64,000 nucleotides of DNA from a bacterium (GCA_040756235.1 JBFLZG010000105.1:32001-96000); one strand, 5' to 3'. Shown: positions 38,216-49,141, counted from the stretch's first letter. Numbers and translations: made by a program. The notes: generated from the sequence alone by a model not told the origin.

Positions 38216-41200
38216 TCAACATGCGGCGGCCGGCGCCCGCTTCACGTGGAAGTGCCAGCGCCAGAGGTAATAAATGGCGGGATAGACCGCGAGCTCCATC
38301 ACGAACGAGCTGAAGATGCCGCCGATCATGGGCGCCGCGATGCGCTTCATCACGTCCGAGCCGGCGCCCGTGGACCACATGATCGGCAGGAGCCCCATGA
38401 ACATCACGGCGACCGTCATGAACTTGGGCCGCAGGCGCTTGACGGCCCCGTGCACGATCGACTCGCGCAAGTCTTCCCTGGTTTTCATTCGTCCCCTGGC
38501 CCGCATCTCGTCATAGGCCAGGTCCAGGTAGAGGAGCATGAACACGCCCGTTTCCGCGTCCACACCCATCAGGGCGATCAAGCCCACCCAGACGGCGATG
38601 CTGGTGTTGTAGCCCAGGATATACAGCAGCCAGATGGCGCCCACGGCCGAGAACGGCACGGCCAGGAAGATGATGAGGGCTTTGGTCGTCGAGCCCGTAT
38701 TGAAGTAGAGCAGCAGAAAGATGATGAACAGCGTAAACGGCACGACCACGGTCAGCCTCTCGGCCACGCGTTCCATGTACTCGTACTGGCCGCTCCAGAC
38801 CAGGGTGTAGCCGGGCGGCATGTCCACCTTGGAGTGGACCACGCTCTTGGCCTCTTCCACGTAGCCGCCCACGTCCCGGCCCGAGACGTCCACGTAGACG
38901 TAGCCGCTCAGGCGCCCGTTCTCGTCGCGGATCATGCCGGGCCCGTAGGCGAGCTTGATGTCCGCGATCTGCGCCATCGGGATCTGGGCGCCGTTCATGG
39001 CCGGGACCAGGACCCGGCCCAGCCGGTCCATCGTGTCTCGATAATCTCTCAGGTATCTCACGTTCACCGGGTAGCGCTCGCGGCCTTCCACCGTGGTCGT
39101 GACATTCTCGCCGCCCACCGCCGACATGATCGCCATTTCGGCCTGGCCGACGGTGAGACCGTAACGGGCCAGCTCCTCGCGCTTGAGGGCGAAGTCCAGG
39201 AAATAGCCGCCCGCCGTCCGTTCCGCATAGACGCTGGTCGTGCCCGGCACCTCCCGCAGCACGCCTTCCATGCGCAGGCCGATGTCCTGGATGACCTTGA
39301 GGTCCGCCCCCAGGATCTTGATCCCCACCGGCGTGCGCACGCCGGTCGTGAGCATGTCGATCCGAGCCTTGATCGGCATGGTCCAGGCATTCACGGTCCC
39401 GGGGATCTGCATGGTTTCGTTCAGCCCGCCCGGCCCGTAGATGAGCTCCTGCGTGCTCTTGTGGTCCGGCCAGAAGCGCCGCAGCACACCCGCGAGCCAG
39501 TCGGGCGCCCGGTCGGAGTACCACCTCGGGACCTTCGGCCACTCCTCCTGCGGCTTCAGGAGGACGACCGTCTCCATCATGGAGAAAGGCGCCGGGTCGG
39601 TCGCCGTCTCCGCCCGGCCCGCCTTGCCGAACACGCGCTCCACCTCGGGGAAGGACATGAGAATCTTGTCCTGGACCTGCAGGAGCTTCTGGGCCTCGGT
39701 CACCGAGATGCCCGGCACCGTGGTCGGCATGTAGAGCAGGGAGCCCTCGTCCAGGGGCGGCATGAACTCCGAGCCGAGCCGGAAAAAGACCGGGACGGTC
39801 AGGGCCACCACGAGCACCGCGGCCAGGATCGTCCCCCAGGGGTGGCGCAGCACGAGCTCCACCACCGGGTGGTAGGCGCGCATCAGGGGACGGCTGATGG
39901 GGTGCTTCTCCTCGCTGTGGATCTTGCCGACCAGAACGGCGTTGGCCAGTCTGGCCAGGAACCTCGGCCGGAAATTGAAGTTCCTCATGTGGGTGAACAG
40001 GAGCCGGATCGCCGGGTCCAGGGTGATGGCCAGCACGGCCGCGATCGCCATGGAGAAGTTCTTGGTGAAGGCCAGCGGCTTGAACAGTCTTCCTTCCTGA
40101 GCCTCGAGGGCGAAGACCGGCACGAAGGAGACCGCGATGACGAGGAGGGCGAAGAAGCTCGGGCCGCCCACTTCCTTGACCGCGCCGATCACCACGTCGC
40201 GGAAGTCGCCGGGACGGCCTTCGGCGTCCCAGCGCTCGAGCTTCTTGTGGGTCTGCTCCACCACCACGATGGCCGCGTCCACCATGGCGCCGATGGCGAT
40301 GGCGATGCCGCCCAGGGACATGATGTTGGCCGTGATCTTCATCCCGTACATGGGAATGAAGGCGAGGATGACCGTGATCGGAATCGTGATGATCGGGATC
40401 AGGGCGCTCGGAATGTGCCAGAGGAAGACGAGGATCACCAGGCTGACGATGGCCAGCTCCTCGATCAGGGTGCCCTTGAGGGTGTCGATGGAGCGCTCGA
40501 TCAGATCCGCCCGGTCGTAGGTGGTGACGAGCTCGACGCCTTCCGGCAACGACGGCTCGATCTCGGCCAGCTTCTCCCGCACCCGCTCGATGACCTTCAA
40601 GGCGTTCTCGCCCACCCGCATGATGACGATCGCGCCGACCGTCTCGCCCTGGCCGTCGAGCTCGGCGATCCCGCGCCGGATGTCCGGCCCCAGCACGGTC
40701 GTGCCCAGGTGCTTGATGAGGACGGGCGTGCCGCTCCTCGAATCGGTGCCGACCACGATGTTTTCGATATCCGCAACCGAGCGGATGTAGCCGCGCCCGC
40801 GCACCATGTACTCCCGGCCGGAGAGCTCCACGAGCCTGCCGCCCACATCGTTGTTCCCCTCCCGGATCGCTTCGGTCACACGGTCCAGGGGAATCGCGTA
40901 CGCGAGCAGCCGGTTCGGGTCAAGGTTCACTTGGTACTGGCGCACGAACCCGCCCACGGGCGCCACTTCCGCGACCCCCGGGATCGCCTGCAGCGTGTAG
41001 CGCAGGTACCAGTCCTGAATGGAGCGCAGGTCGGCCAAGTTGTGTCTTCCGGTCGTATCGACCAGGGCGTACTGGAACACCCAGCCCACGGCCGTCTCGT
41101 CCCTGGCCAGCTCGACCTCGACCCCCTCGGGGAGGCGCGGCATGATGTTGCTCAGGTACTCGAGGGTGCGCGAGCGCGCCCAGTAGATGTCGGTGCCTTC

Positions 41201-41491
41201 CTCGAAAATGACGTACACGAAGGAGTAGCCGAAGTCGGAGAACCCGCGGATGTCCTTGACCCGCGGAACGCCGAGCATGGCGGTGATGAGCGGATAGGTG
41301 ACCTGGTCCTCCATGATGTCCGGGCTGCGGTCCCAGCGTGAGTAGATGATCACCTGGGTGTCGGAGAGGTCCGGGATCGCGTCGAGCCGGATGTTCGACA
41401 TGGAGTAGATCCCGGCGACGACTCCCATGCCGGCCAGCAGGAAGATGAGAAACTTGTTGTGGGCCGAAAATTCGATGATGCGGTTGATCAT
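38216..41491 (-). CDS. cusA: CusA-type Cu/Ag heavy-metal RND permease
   Basis: LDAIPDLSDTQVI, GSEFMPPLDEGSLLYMPTT, DPAPFSMMETV, ARIDML, RLRPKFMT. Confidence 0.93.
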   Translation of the reverse strand: MINRIIEFSAHNKFLIFLLAGMGVVAGIYSMSNIRLDAIPDLSDTQVIIYSRWDRSPDIMEDQVTYPLITAMLGVPRVKDIRGFSDFGYSFVYVIFEEGTDIYWARSRTLEYLSNIMPRLPEGVEVELARDETAVGWVFQYALVDTTGRHNLADLRSIQDWYLRYTLQAIPGVAEVAPVGGFVRQYQVNLDPNRLLAYAIPLDRVTEAIREGNNDVGGRLVELSGREYMVRGRGYIRSVADIENIVVGTDSRSGTPVLIKHLGTTVLGPDIRRGIAELDGQGETVGAIVIMRVGENALKVIERVREKLAEIEPSLPEGVELVTTYDRADLIERSIDTLKGTLIEELAIVSLVILVFLWHIPSALIPIITIPITVILAFIPMYGMKITANIMSLGGIAIAIGAMVDAAIVVVEQTHKKLERWDAEGRPGDFRDVVIGAVKEVGGPSFFALLVIAVSFVPVFALEAQEGRLFKPLAFTKNFSMAIAAVLAITLDPAIRLLFTHMRNFNFRPRFLARLANAVLVGKIHSEEKHPISRPLMRAYHPVVELVLRHPWGTILAAVLVVALTVPVFFRLGSEFMPPLDEGSLLYMPTTVPGISVTEAQKLLQVQDKILMSFPEVERVFGKAGRAETATDPAPFSMMETVVLLKPQEEWPKVPRWYSDRAPDWLAGVLRRFWPDHKSTQELIYGPGGLNETMQIPGTVNAWTMPIKARIDMLTTGVRTPVGIKILGADLKVIQDIGLRMEGVLREVPGTTSVYAERTAGGYFLDFALKREELARYGLTVGQAEMAIMSAVGGENVTTTVEGRERYPVNVRYLRDYRDTMDRLGRVLVPAMNGAQIPMAQIADIKLAYGPGMIRDENGRLSGYVYVDVSGRDVGGYVEEAKSVVHSKVDMPPGYTLVWSGQYEYMERVAERLTVVVPFTLFIIFLLLYFNTGSTTKALIIFLAVPFSAVGAIWLLYILGYNTSIAVWVGLIALMGVDAETGVFMLLYLDLAYDEMRARGRMKTREDLRESIVHGAVKRLRPKFMTVAVMFMGLLPIMWSTGAGSDVMKRIAAPMIGGIFSSFVMELAVYPAIYYLWRWHFHVKRAPAAAC

Positions 41492-41991
41492 GGCGCCGGG
41501 GGGGCCTCCGTGAGAAGCTCTGCGAGCCGCACCACCCGGCCTCCGTGGCTGGAGGCGAAGTCGGCGGCCTCATCCGGGCCGGCGAAAGCGAGGATGCTCG
41601 GGGTGCAGCGATCGAAGACGCGCTGGTACAGGTGCTTGGTTTCATCGAAAAGAGGTTCGTGCCGATCGCACATCACGACCCCGCTGCCTTCGACGTAGGA
41701 GGCCTTTTCCGGATCCAGGGAACGGCCCGAGGAGTAGTCGGTCACTTCGACCAGGCGCACCGGGCTCTTCTGCTGCAGGGCAAGGAACAGCCCGCAGCGG
41801 ACGCAGCACACGGCCTCGCGCCGGCCTCCGGAGTCCTCGATCACGGTCCTGGAGTCCGGATGGATGGGGCGCCGGCAGATTCTGCAGGTCTCCTGCCCGG
41901 TCCGCTGCAGGAGCCAGTAGCCGCCCCACAGGGCGACGCCGATCGCCAGCCCCGCGAGGAACATCCCTTTCGCTCGCCACCCGTTCCTCAT
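41488..41991 (-). CDS. NosL-like membrane-anchored Cys-rich protein
   Basis: N-terminal TM, CRIC, CCVRC, VTDYSSGRSLDPEKASYVEGS, AFAGPDEAADFASSHGG; stop overlaps the cusA start. Confidence 0.65.
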   Translation of the reverse strand: MRNGWRAKGMFLAGLAIGVALWGGYWLLQRTGQETCRICRRPIHPDSRTVIEDSGGRREAVCCVRCGLFLALQQKSPVRLVEVTDYSSGRSLDPEKASYVEGSGVVMCDRHEPLFDETKHLYQRVFDRCTPSILAFAGPDEAADFASSHGGRVVRLAELLTEAPPAP

Positions 41992-42225
41992 CGCTCGGTA
42001 CCGCCATTCATGAGCTCGACCACGTATACTCGAGGGTTCCTTTGCCTGCAGCGAACGTGGCGACCGGGATCAAGCAGCGGAGCCCTGTCGGTGGACACGC
42101 CTGCGGCTTTGTCCACCCTACTGACTGCTCACACCGCTCGCTCGCGGCGTCTTTCCTCTGGGCGCATCGTTGCCACCGCTCCCTTCAAGATACGGCCTTC
42201 CCCTCGCCACCGCCCTCTCTTGCCG

Positions 42226-43725
42226 TCAGCCGCCGTGTCCGGCGTGACCGCCCGCTGCAGCCGGGCTCCGGGGCTGCGGGCCTTCGCGCCCGTCCCGGGC
42301 GCCGCCGGCCTGCCCTTCCTGGCCGGAGGAGGGAGCGCCGCCGTGGCCCGCGTGCGGGCCGCCGCCCGGCATGCTCGACATGGCCGCCTTGAGCTGGCTT
42401 TCCGAATCGATCAGAAAGTTGCCCGAGGTCACGACCTTCTCTCCGGCCTCGAGCCCTGCCAGGACGACGAACTGGCCGTCCACCTTGGCGCCGAGCCTGA
42501 CCCTGCGGGGCTCGAAATACCCGCCCTCGTGATGAACGAAGACGATCTGCTCGACGCCGGAATCCAGCACCGCCTCTTCCGGCACGGCCAGCTGCGTGCC
42601 GTGGCCGACTTGGAGCGCGACCTCGGCGTACATGTCGGGCTTGAGCCTGAAGCCGGGGTTCGGCAGCTCCAGCCGCACCTTGAGCGTGCGCGTCTCCGGG
42701 TTCAGCTCGGGGTAGATGTAGCTCACCTTGGCCTGGAAGGTCTCACCTGGAAAGGAAGAGAGCGTCACATCGGCCGTCTGGCCCAGCTTGACCATGGGCA
42801 CCTCGTACTCGTAAATGTCGGCGAAGACCCAGATCCTGGACAAGTCCGCCAGCACATAGAGCTCGGTTTCCGGTGTGACCCGCTGGTTCTCGAAGGCGTC
42901 GCGGGCCACGATGAACCCGTCCATGGGCGAGTAGAGGGTCAGCGTCTTGATCGGCTCGCCCCGTTTCCGGATCTCCTCGATCTGCTGATCGCTGATATCC
43001 CACAGCTTGAGCCGCTGCCGGGCCGAGTCGTACAGGGAGCGGGCGCCCGATGCGATCCCCTCGATCGAGCTGTCCTTGAGATAGTCCCTGGCCTTGCTGG
43101 AGACGAGGAACTCCTGCTGCGTCGCGACCAGCTCAGGGCTGTAGATGCTGATGAGGGGCTGCCCCTTGCGCACGAGCTTACCGGTGAAGTCGGCGTAGAC
43201 CCGGTCGATCCAGCCCTCGATCTTGGTCTGGACCCGGGCGACCCGGGTCTCGTCGAAAGAAAGCCTTCCCACGGTGCGTAGGGTCTGATTGAGGGGCTTC
43301 CACAGGACCTCTCCGATCTGGACCCCGATGAGCTGCTGTCTCTGCGGGCTGATCTGCACGGTGCCCGGAGGCAGGGCCTCCGGGGGCGGCGCCGCCTCCA
43401 TGCTCCCGGCGCCGGCCGGGCCGGGCATCCCGGGCATTCCCGGCATGGGCTCGGGGTCTCCCTGCGCCGGCTGTCCGGACTGCGGCTCGAGCTTGACCAG
43501 GCTCATGTTGCAGATCGGGCAGTCTCCCGGCTTGTCCGACTTGTAGGAGGGATGCATGGGGCAATAATAGATCTCTTTCTTCTGTGCCTCCTGCTTCAAT
43601 CCGATCACCGTCCCCAACCGGGTCCCCTGCAAGGCCTGAAGCGAGAGGTACCCGCCGCCCGTGACGAGGACGGCCAGCAATAGAAGCAGAAGGATGCGCA
43701 GGATCCGGGGTGCCTTGGAAGCCAT
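42226..43725 (-). CDS. cusB: CusB-type periplasmic adaptor with CPMHP metal-binding domain
   Basis: YYCPMHP..CPICNMSL, IYSPELVATQQE, LKPDMYA, GNFLIDSES. Confidence 0.92.
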   Translation of the reverse strand: MASKAPRILRILLLLLLAVLVTGGGYLSLQALQGTRLGTVIGLKQEAQKKEIYYCPMHPSYKSDKPGDCPICNMSLVKLEPQSGQPAQGDPEPMPGMPGMPGPAGAGSMEAAPPPEALPPGTVQISPQRQQLIGVQIGEVLWKPLNQTLRTVGRLSFDETRVARVQTKIEGWIDRVYADFTGKLVRKGQPLISIYSPELVATQQEFLVSSKARDYLKDSSIEGIASGARSLYDSARQRLKLWDISDQQIEEIRKRGEPIKTLTLYSPMDGFIVARDAFENQRVTPETELYVLADLSRIWVFADIYEYEVPMVKLGQTADVTLSSFPGETFQAKVSYIYPELNPETRTLKVRLELPNPGFRLKPDMYAEVALQVGHGTQLAVPEEAVLDSGVEQIVFVHHEGGYFEPRRVRLGAKVDGQFVVLAGLEAGEKVVTSGNFLIDSESQLKAAMSSMPGGGPHAGHGGAPSSGQEGQAGGARDGREGPQPRSPAAAGGHAGHGG

Positions 43726-43738
43726 CTGTAGCTCCTGT

Positions 43739-45082
43739 TTATTTCGTCAGCTCTGCGCCCACGAGAGGCTCCAGCCGAGCGAGCGCTTTCTGAAAGTCCG
43801 TGACGACTTCATGATATCTGAGCTCGTATTCGAGCAGGGTGATCAGGTTGTCCAGGAGGGTGAGAAAATCCACCTTCCCCACCTGATAGCCGGCGACCGC
43901 CGATTCCAGCGAGAGCCTGGCCTGCGGAATGACCCCGCTACGGTACAGATCGATCAGACTCTGAGACGTGGTGGCCATGAGGTAAGCGTCTTTCAGGTCG
44001 AGGCCGAGGGAGAGGACCGTGCTCTCCCGCGAGCGCTCGGCGCCGGCCAGCTCGGCCCGGGCGGCTTCCAGCTCGGGCCGCTGCTTGCGCCAGAAGTACA
44101 GGGGCACTTTCACGCCGGCCATGAGCCCGTACATCTCCGGCATCTCCTCGCGGTTGAAATAGGTGAACCCCACGGAGAAGTCCGGGTAAAACTCCCTGCG
44201 GGCGAGCTCCACGCCGTACCGGCTGCGCTCGATCTCGCGCTCCCGCATCTTCAGGCCCGGGTCGTTCCCCAGGGCGAGCTGCTGGAGCTGCTCGAGCGAG
44301 AACGGAAAATCGGCCTTCCGGACTTCTGCGGGACGGCCCAGGGGAGAATCCGCCGGACGAGCGAGCAGGGTGTTGATGCGCGCCGCGGCCAGCGCCCTTT
44401 GCTGCTCCAGGACGGTCGCCCTTTCGATGAGCTTCGAAACCTCCACCTGCGCCTTGAGCACGTCCTGCTGGATGCCCTGTCCGACCGAGTACTTCGCACC
44501 CGCGATGCCGGCGAGCTTCTCGAGCAGGTCCTTGTCCTTGCGCACGGTCTCGATTGCCTGGTGGACGAGGTAATAGTCATAATAAGCCTGCTTGACCTCT
44601 GCCACGACCTCGCGCCGCACCTGCTCGTAGCTCCACAGCTCGGCCTCCGCCTCCTTGCCGGCCATCTTGCCCTGGAGCCCGAGCTTGCCCGGGAAGGGGA
44701 TCTCCTGCTCGATGCCGAAGGTCCGCGCCGACGAGGGATCGCCCTCCTGCAGGGTCGGAGGGATCAGGTCGCCCATGGTCTGGAACCTGAACATGGGGTC
44801 GGGGAGGGTCCTGTTCGGGAGGATCCGGGACTGTTTCGCCTGGACGGCGTTCCAGGCCGCCCGGATGGACGGGCTCTGCTCCAGGGCAATTCCGAGCAGC
44901 TCGTCCAGGGTTACGCCGGTCAGGCCGGCGGGTGAGGTCTCCTCAGCAATTGCCGGGGCAGGCGCTTCCGGTCTCGCCGCCTCTTGCGCGGACAGATCAT
45001 CAACGGATTCGAGAAGATACAGGTCCGCAGCCATGGCGCCGCAGAAAAGCAGGAACAGCATTCGCATGCGCTTCATTTGCAT
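43739..45082 (-). CDS. cusC: TolC-family outer-membrane factor of the Cus system
   Basis: LPDP, QEIPFPGKL, QQDVLKAQVE, YQVGKVDFLTLLD; first gene of the cus operon. Confidence 0.85.
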   Translation of the reverse strand: MQMKRMRMLFLLFCGAMAADLYLLESVDDLSAQEAARPEAPAPAIAEETSPAGLTGVTLDELLGIALEQSPSIRAAWNAVQAKQSRILPNRTLPDPMFRFQTMGDLIPPTLQEGDPSSARTFGIEQEIPFPGKLGLQGKMAGKEAEAELWSYEQVRREVVAEVKQAYYDYYLVHQAIETVRKDKDLLEKLAGIAGAKYSVGQGIQQDVLKAQVEVSKLIERATVLEQQRALAAARINTLLARPADSPLGRPAEVRKADFPFSLEQLQQLALGNDPGLKMREREIERSRYGVELARREFYPDFSVGFTYFNREEMPEMYGLMAGVKVPLYFWRKQRPELEAARAELAGAERSRESTVLSLGLDLKDAYLMATTSQSLIDLYRSGVIPQARLSLESAVAGYQVGKVDFLTLLDNLITLLEYELRYHEVVTDFQKALARLEPLVGAELTK

Positions 45083-45174
45083 CCTTTTTCCCCCGGAGGC
45101 CGGTCACCACGGGAGCTCTCCTCTCAACATCAACATGAGACGGTCGAATCCTACCTGATTAGATTTGTGCGAAG

Positions 45175-45191
45175 TGCATGCAGGATGCCAA
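45175..45191 (-). promoter_or_regulatory. sigma54 promoter of the cus operon
   Basis: TTGGCAT-CCTGC-ATGCA with GG-N10-GC spacing; paired 16-mers at 45285-45300 and 45307-45322. Confidence 0.7.
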
Positions 45192-45414
45192 CTGCTGCAC
45201 GGGCAGTTTCATCAGCATTTATATGATGTTATGCGCTCATACGTGGTCGCTTGCTGCCCGGGAGCGCGGAATATGGGGAATATCTGGAGAATAGCCGACA
45301 ATTGTGTGCCGAATATTCTGCAAGCATGGATGCCGCGGAGCGGGATGCGGTCGCGCGGGCTACGGACTCCCGGAACCTTGGTGCCGTTCTCGTCACCGAC
45401 CTTCCCGCACCGGA

Positions 45415-45885
45415 TCAGACGCCGCCCGCGCCGAGCGCGAGGTTCTCGGCACACCGGAAGAGCGCTCCGCTGTCAGGCCCGCGCGCTTCATGGCAAGCCA
45501 GGCGGACCGTGGAACCCTCCGGCGGCCGGGACGGAAGGCGCACGCTGAAAGCATAGTAATGCCGTCCCTTCCTCGAAACGTACTCCGGACCGTAGCGGAC
45601 GCTGAAATCTTCCAGGACGGCTCCGTCGCGGCCCACGACCGCCACGTCCACGTGACCGGGGCGGACCGGATCCGAGCGCAGAAGCTGCTTCACGTGCCCG
45701 TGGACTTCGAGGCTGCCGTTCGCCTCCCGCAGCCATGCGTCGAGCGCGTACCGGCCGGAGCAAGGCAGGACCTCCAGCGACACGCCCGCCCCGTTCGGGC
45801 CGCCGGCGCGAGACAGGGCGCAGCCCGCTGCCAGTACCGCAATCAGAACCGCTCCCAATACTGGGGCGCTGTATCCTCTCTGCAT
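45415..45885 (-). CDS. Hypothetical lipoprotein
   Basis: GGAGGA RBS, lipobox LAAGC. Confidence 0.6.
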   Translation of the reverse strand: MQRGYSAPVLGAVLIAVLAAGCALSRAGGPNGAGVSLEVLPCSGRYALDAWLREANGSLEVHGHVKQLLRSDPVRPGHVDVAVVGRDGAVLEDFSVRYGPEYVSRKGRHYYAFSVRLPSRPPEGSTVRLACHEARGPDSGALFRCAENLALGAGGV

Positions 45886-45941
45886 TTTGCCCGTCCTCCT
45901 TGTTTGTAAGCCAAATGCTCACCACCTTGATCGAACTCTTG

Positions 45942-46025
45942 CCCCCCTTTTGCAAAGGGGGGCTCGGGGGGATTTTGGATGGAGACGCTGAGCTCCCCCC
46001 CGCCCCCCCTTTTTCAAAGGGGGGA
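45942..46025. repeat. CCCCCCTTT/AAAGGGGGG-type REP pair
   Basis: CCCCCCTTTTGCAAAGGGGGGCTCGGGGGGATTT ... CCCCCCGCCCCCCCTTTTTCAAAGGGGGG. Confidence 0.7.
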
Positions 46026-46045
46026 GAAGAAACCTCACCTCTGAT

Positions 46046-49000
46046 TCATGACTCCGTGCGGGTCCCGATCCTCGCTGAGTCTCCGCCTGCCCTTCGGGCG
46101 AACCATGCGTAGATCGTGGGCAGCACCAGAAGCGTGAGGAGCGTGCTCGTGATGAGCCCGCCCATGACGACTGCGGCGAGCGGCTTCTGGATGTCCGCAC
46201 CCGAGCCGGTGGCGTAGAGCATGGGCAGGTGCCCGATGAAGCTGGTCAGCGCGGTCATGAGCAGGGGCCGGAACCTCAGATCGCAGCCCTTGCGGATCGT
46301 ATCCGCCAGGCTCGCGCCCCGCTCGCGGAGCTGCCGGAAGAAGACGAACAACACCACGCCGTTCTGCACCGCGATTCCCAGCAGGACGATGAAGGCCACC
46401 GCCGCGGACACGGACAGCGCCATCCCGAAGACAACGACCGCGATCACGCCGCCCACGACCGCAAACGGCAAATTGAGCAGCACGAGAAGGGAGCTCCAGA
46501 CCGAGCCCAGGGCCATGTAGAGCAGCACCAGGATGAGCAGGAGCGCGATCGGAACGACGATGGCCAGCTGCCGCATGGCGCGCTGCTGGTTCTCGAACTG
46601 CCCGCCGTACTCGACGAAGTACCCGGGCGGAAGCTCCCCGGCGAGCGGAGCGAGTTGCGCCTGCACGTCCTCCACGAAGCCGCCGAGGTCCCGGCCGCGC
46701 ACGTTGGCCTCGACCACGACCCGCCGCATGCCGTTCTCGCGGCCGATCTGGGCAGGGGCTTCGACGACCTGGAACTTCGCGATCTGCGCCAGCGGAACAC
46801 GCTCGCCGCCGGTCCCGCGCACGAGCAGACGCTCGACATCGGGGAGGTCCCGGCGCGCCTCCTCCGGGAACCGGACCACGACCGCAAAGCGCTGCTGGCC
46901 CTCGATCAGGGTGGTGGTCTTCCTGCCGGCCACCGCGGTCTCGATGGCGTCGTTCACGGCCGCGATGTCGACGCCGTATCGGGCCACCGCCTCGCGGTCG
47001 ATCACCACGTCGAGCTGGCTCATCCCGGAGACCTGTTCGACCTTGACGTCCTGGGCGCCGTCCACTCCTTGGAGGATCGCCGCGGTGCGGTCGGCGAAGT
47101 CCTTCAGGATGTCGAGGTCCGGCCCGAAGACCTTGACCGCCAGGTCGCTCTTCACCCCGGAGATGAGCTCGTTGACCCGCAGGGCAATCGGCTGGGAGAA
47201 AGAAAAGCGCAGGCCCGGAATCCCGGCGAGGTCCTCCTGGATGGCCGCGACCAGCTCGCCCTTGTCCCGTCCGGTCCCCCACTTCTCGCGCGGTCTGAGC
47301 ATGATGAAGAGGTCGGTCTGCTCCGGACCCATGGGGTCCTCGGAGATCTCGGCGCGGCCGGTCTTGCTCACCACGGTCTCCACTTCGGGGAACTCGAGCA
47401 GCCGCTTCTCCATGAATGCTGCAACCTTCACGGAGCCGTCGAGGGAGGCATTCGGCAGGCGCACGACGTTCACCGCGATGGAGCCTTCATCGAGCGGCGG
47501 CATGAACTCGGTCCCGATGAACGGCACCAGGGCGACGGCCGCAGCCAGCGACAGCCCCGCGAGGCCCAGGGTCCACGCCGGCCGCCGGACCGCCCGTGCG
47601 AGCAGGTTCATGTACCCCTGGTGAAAACGGCGGACGAAGCGGAACTCCTTCTCCGGGACCTGCTTCAGGACGAGCTCGGAAAGCACGGGCACAACGGTCA
47701 GAGCCACGCCGAGCGACACCAGGAGCGCGATCAGCATGGTGAGCGCGAGGGGCGCGAACATCTTGCCCTCGATCCCCTGCAGCGTGAACAGGGGCACCAG
47801 GATGAGAACGATGATGAGGACCGAGAACGCCACCGGCCGCGCGACCTCCGCGACCGCCTCGGCGACGATCCTCCGCCTGGCGGAGCGGTCGCGCCGCTCG
47901 GCCAGGTGCCGGCGCACGTTCTCGACCACCACGATGGAAGCGTCCACCACCATGCCGACCGAGAATGCGAGCCCGCCCAGGCTCATCAGGTTGGAGGAGA
48001 GCCCGGCCTGCCCCATGACGATGAAGCTCACGAGGAAGGTGAAGGGCAGCGAGAACAGGACGATGAGCGCGGTCGGCAGCTCGGCGACAAACAGGAACAG
48101 CACCAGGACGACGAAGATCCCTCCCTCCAGGAGCACGTCGAGCACCGTCCGGATGCACGCCTCGATGAGGGACGTGCGGTCGTAGAACACGTTGATGCGC
48201 ACGCCCTCAGGCAGCGTGCCCCGGATCCGGTCCACCGCCTCCTTGACCCGGCTCACGACCTCCTTGGAGTTCTCCCCCTTGAGCATGATGATCATGCCGG
48301 CCACCACCTCGCCCTTGCCGTCACGCGTGACCGCCCCCTGGCGGGCCTCGGCGCCGATCACGACCTCGGCCACGTCGCTCAGGTAGACGGGGGTGCCGTC
48401 ACGGGCCTTGAGCACGATCCGCTCGATGTCCGGGATGTCCTGGAGCAGCCCCACCCCGCGCAGGTAGGTCTGCTCCCAGCCACGCACGATCACCCCGCCG
48501 CCTGCGTTGGCGTTGTTGCGCTCCACGGCCTCCACCACCTCGCTCGCGGTCAGCCCGTACTTGAGGAGCGCTTCCGGTGCGAGCAGCACCTGGTACTGCT
48601 TCACGTAGCCGCCGAAGCTGTTCACCTCGTTGACCCCCGGGATCGGCTTCAGGAGCGGCGCGACCAGCCAGTCCTGGAGGGTGCGCAGCTCCATGGCATC
48701 CCGGCCCTCGCCTTCCAGGGTGTACTGGAAGATCTCGCCCAGGCCGGTGCTGATCGGTCCGAGCTCGGGTTCCACGCCCGACGGCATCTGTTCCCTCGCG
48801 ATGGCCAGACGCTCGAAAACAACTTGGCGGGTCCAGTAGGTGTCGACGCCGTCCTCGAACACGATCACGACCTGGGAAAGCCCGGCCTTGGAGAGCGAAC
48901 GGACCTGCATGACCCTGGGCAGGCCGCGCATCACCTGCTCGATCGGGTAGCTCACCCGCTGCTCGACGTCGACCGCGGCCAGGCCCGGGGCCTTGGTGAG

Positions 49001-49141
49001 GATCATCACCTGGGTGTTCGTGACGTCGGGAAAGGCGTCGATGGGCAGCCGCAGCCAGGCCACGATGCCGGCAACGGTGAGAACGCCGGCCGCCAGCAGG
49101 ACGAGGAACCTGTTCTTGATCAACCACGTGACGAAGCTCAT
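46046..49141 (-). CDS. czcA: CzcA-type divalent heavy-metal RND permease
   Basis: LPIDAFPDVTNTQV, GPISTGLGEI, GTEFMPPLDEG, QPIALRVNELISGV, GADIQKPLA. Confidence 0.92.
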   Translation of the reverse strand: MSFVTWLIKNRFLVLLAAGVLTVAGIVAWLRLPIDAFPDVTNTQVMILTKAPGLAAVDVEQRVSYPIEQVMRGLPRVMQVRSLSKAGLSQVVIVFEDGVDTYWTRQVVFERLAIAREQMPSGVEPELGPISTGLGEIFQYTLEGEGRDAMELRTLQDWLVAPLLKPIPGVNEVNSFGGYVKQYQVLLAPEALLKYGLTASEVVEAVERNNANAGGGVIVRGWEQTYLRGVGLLQDIPDIERIVLKARDGTPVYLSDVAEVVIGAEARQGAVTRDGKGEVVAGMIIMLKGENSKEVVSRVKEAVDRIRGTLPEGVRINVFYDRTSLIEACIRTVLDVLLEGGIFVVLVLFLFVAELPTALIVLFSLPFTFLVSFIVMGQAGLSSNLMSLGGLAFSVGMVVDASIVVVENVRRHLAERRDRSARRRIVAEAVAEVARPVAFSVLIIVLILVPLFTLQGIEGKMFAPLALTMLIALLVSLGVALTVVPVLSELVLKQVPEKEFRFVRRFHQGYMNLLARAVRRPAWTLGLAGLSLAAAVALVPFIGTEFMPPLDEGSIAVNVVRLPNASLDGSVKVAAFMEKRLLEFPEVETVVSKTGRAEISEDPMGPEQTDLFIMLRPREKWGTGRDKGELVAAIQEDLAGIPGLRFSFSQPIALRVNELISGVKSDLAVKVFGPDLDILKDFADRTAAILQGVDGAQDVKVEQVSGMSQLDVVIDREAVARYGVDIAAVNDAIETAVAGRKTTTLIEGQQRFAVVVRFPEEARRDLPDVERLLVRGTGGERVPLAQIAKFQVVEAPAQIGRENGMRRVVVEANVRGRDLGGFVEDVQAQLAPLAGELPPGYFVEYGGQFENQQRAMRQLAIVVPIALLLILVLLYMALGSVWSSLLVLLNLPFAVVGGVIAVVVFGMALSVSAAVAFIVLLGIAVQNGVVLFVFFRQLRERGASLADTIRKGCDLRFRPLLMTALTSFIGHLPMLYATGSGADIQKPLAAVVMGGLITSTLLTLLVLPTIYAWFARRAGGDSARIGTRTES

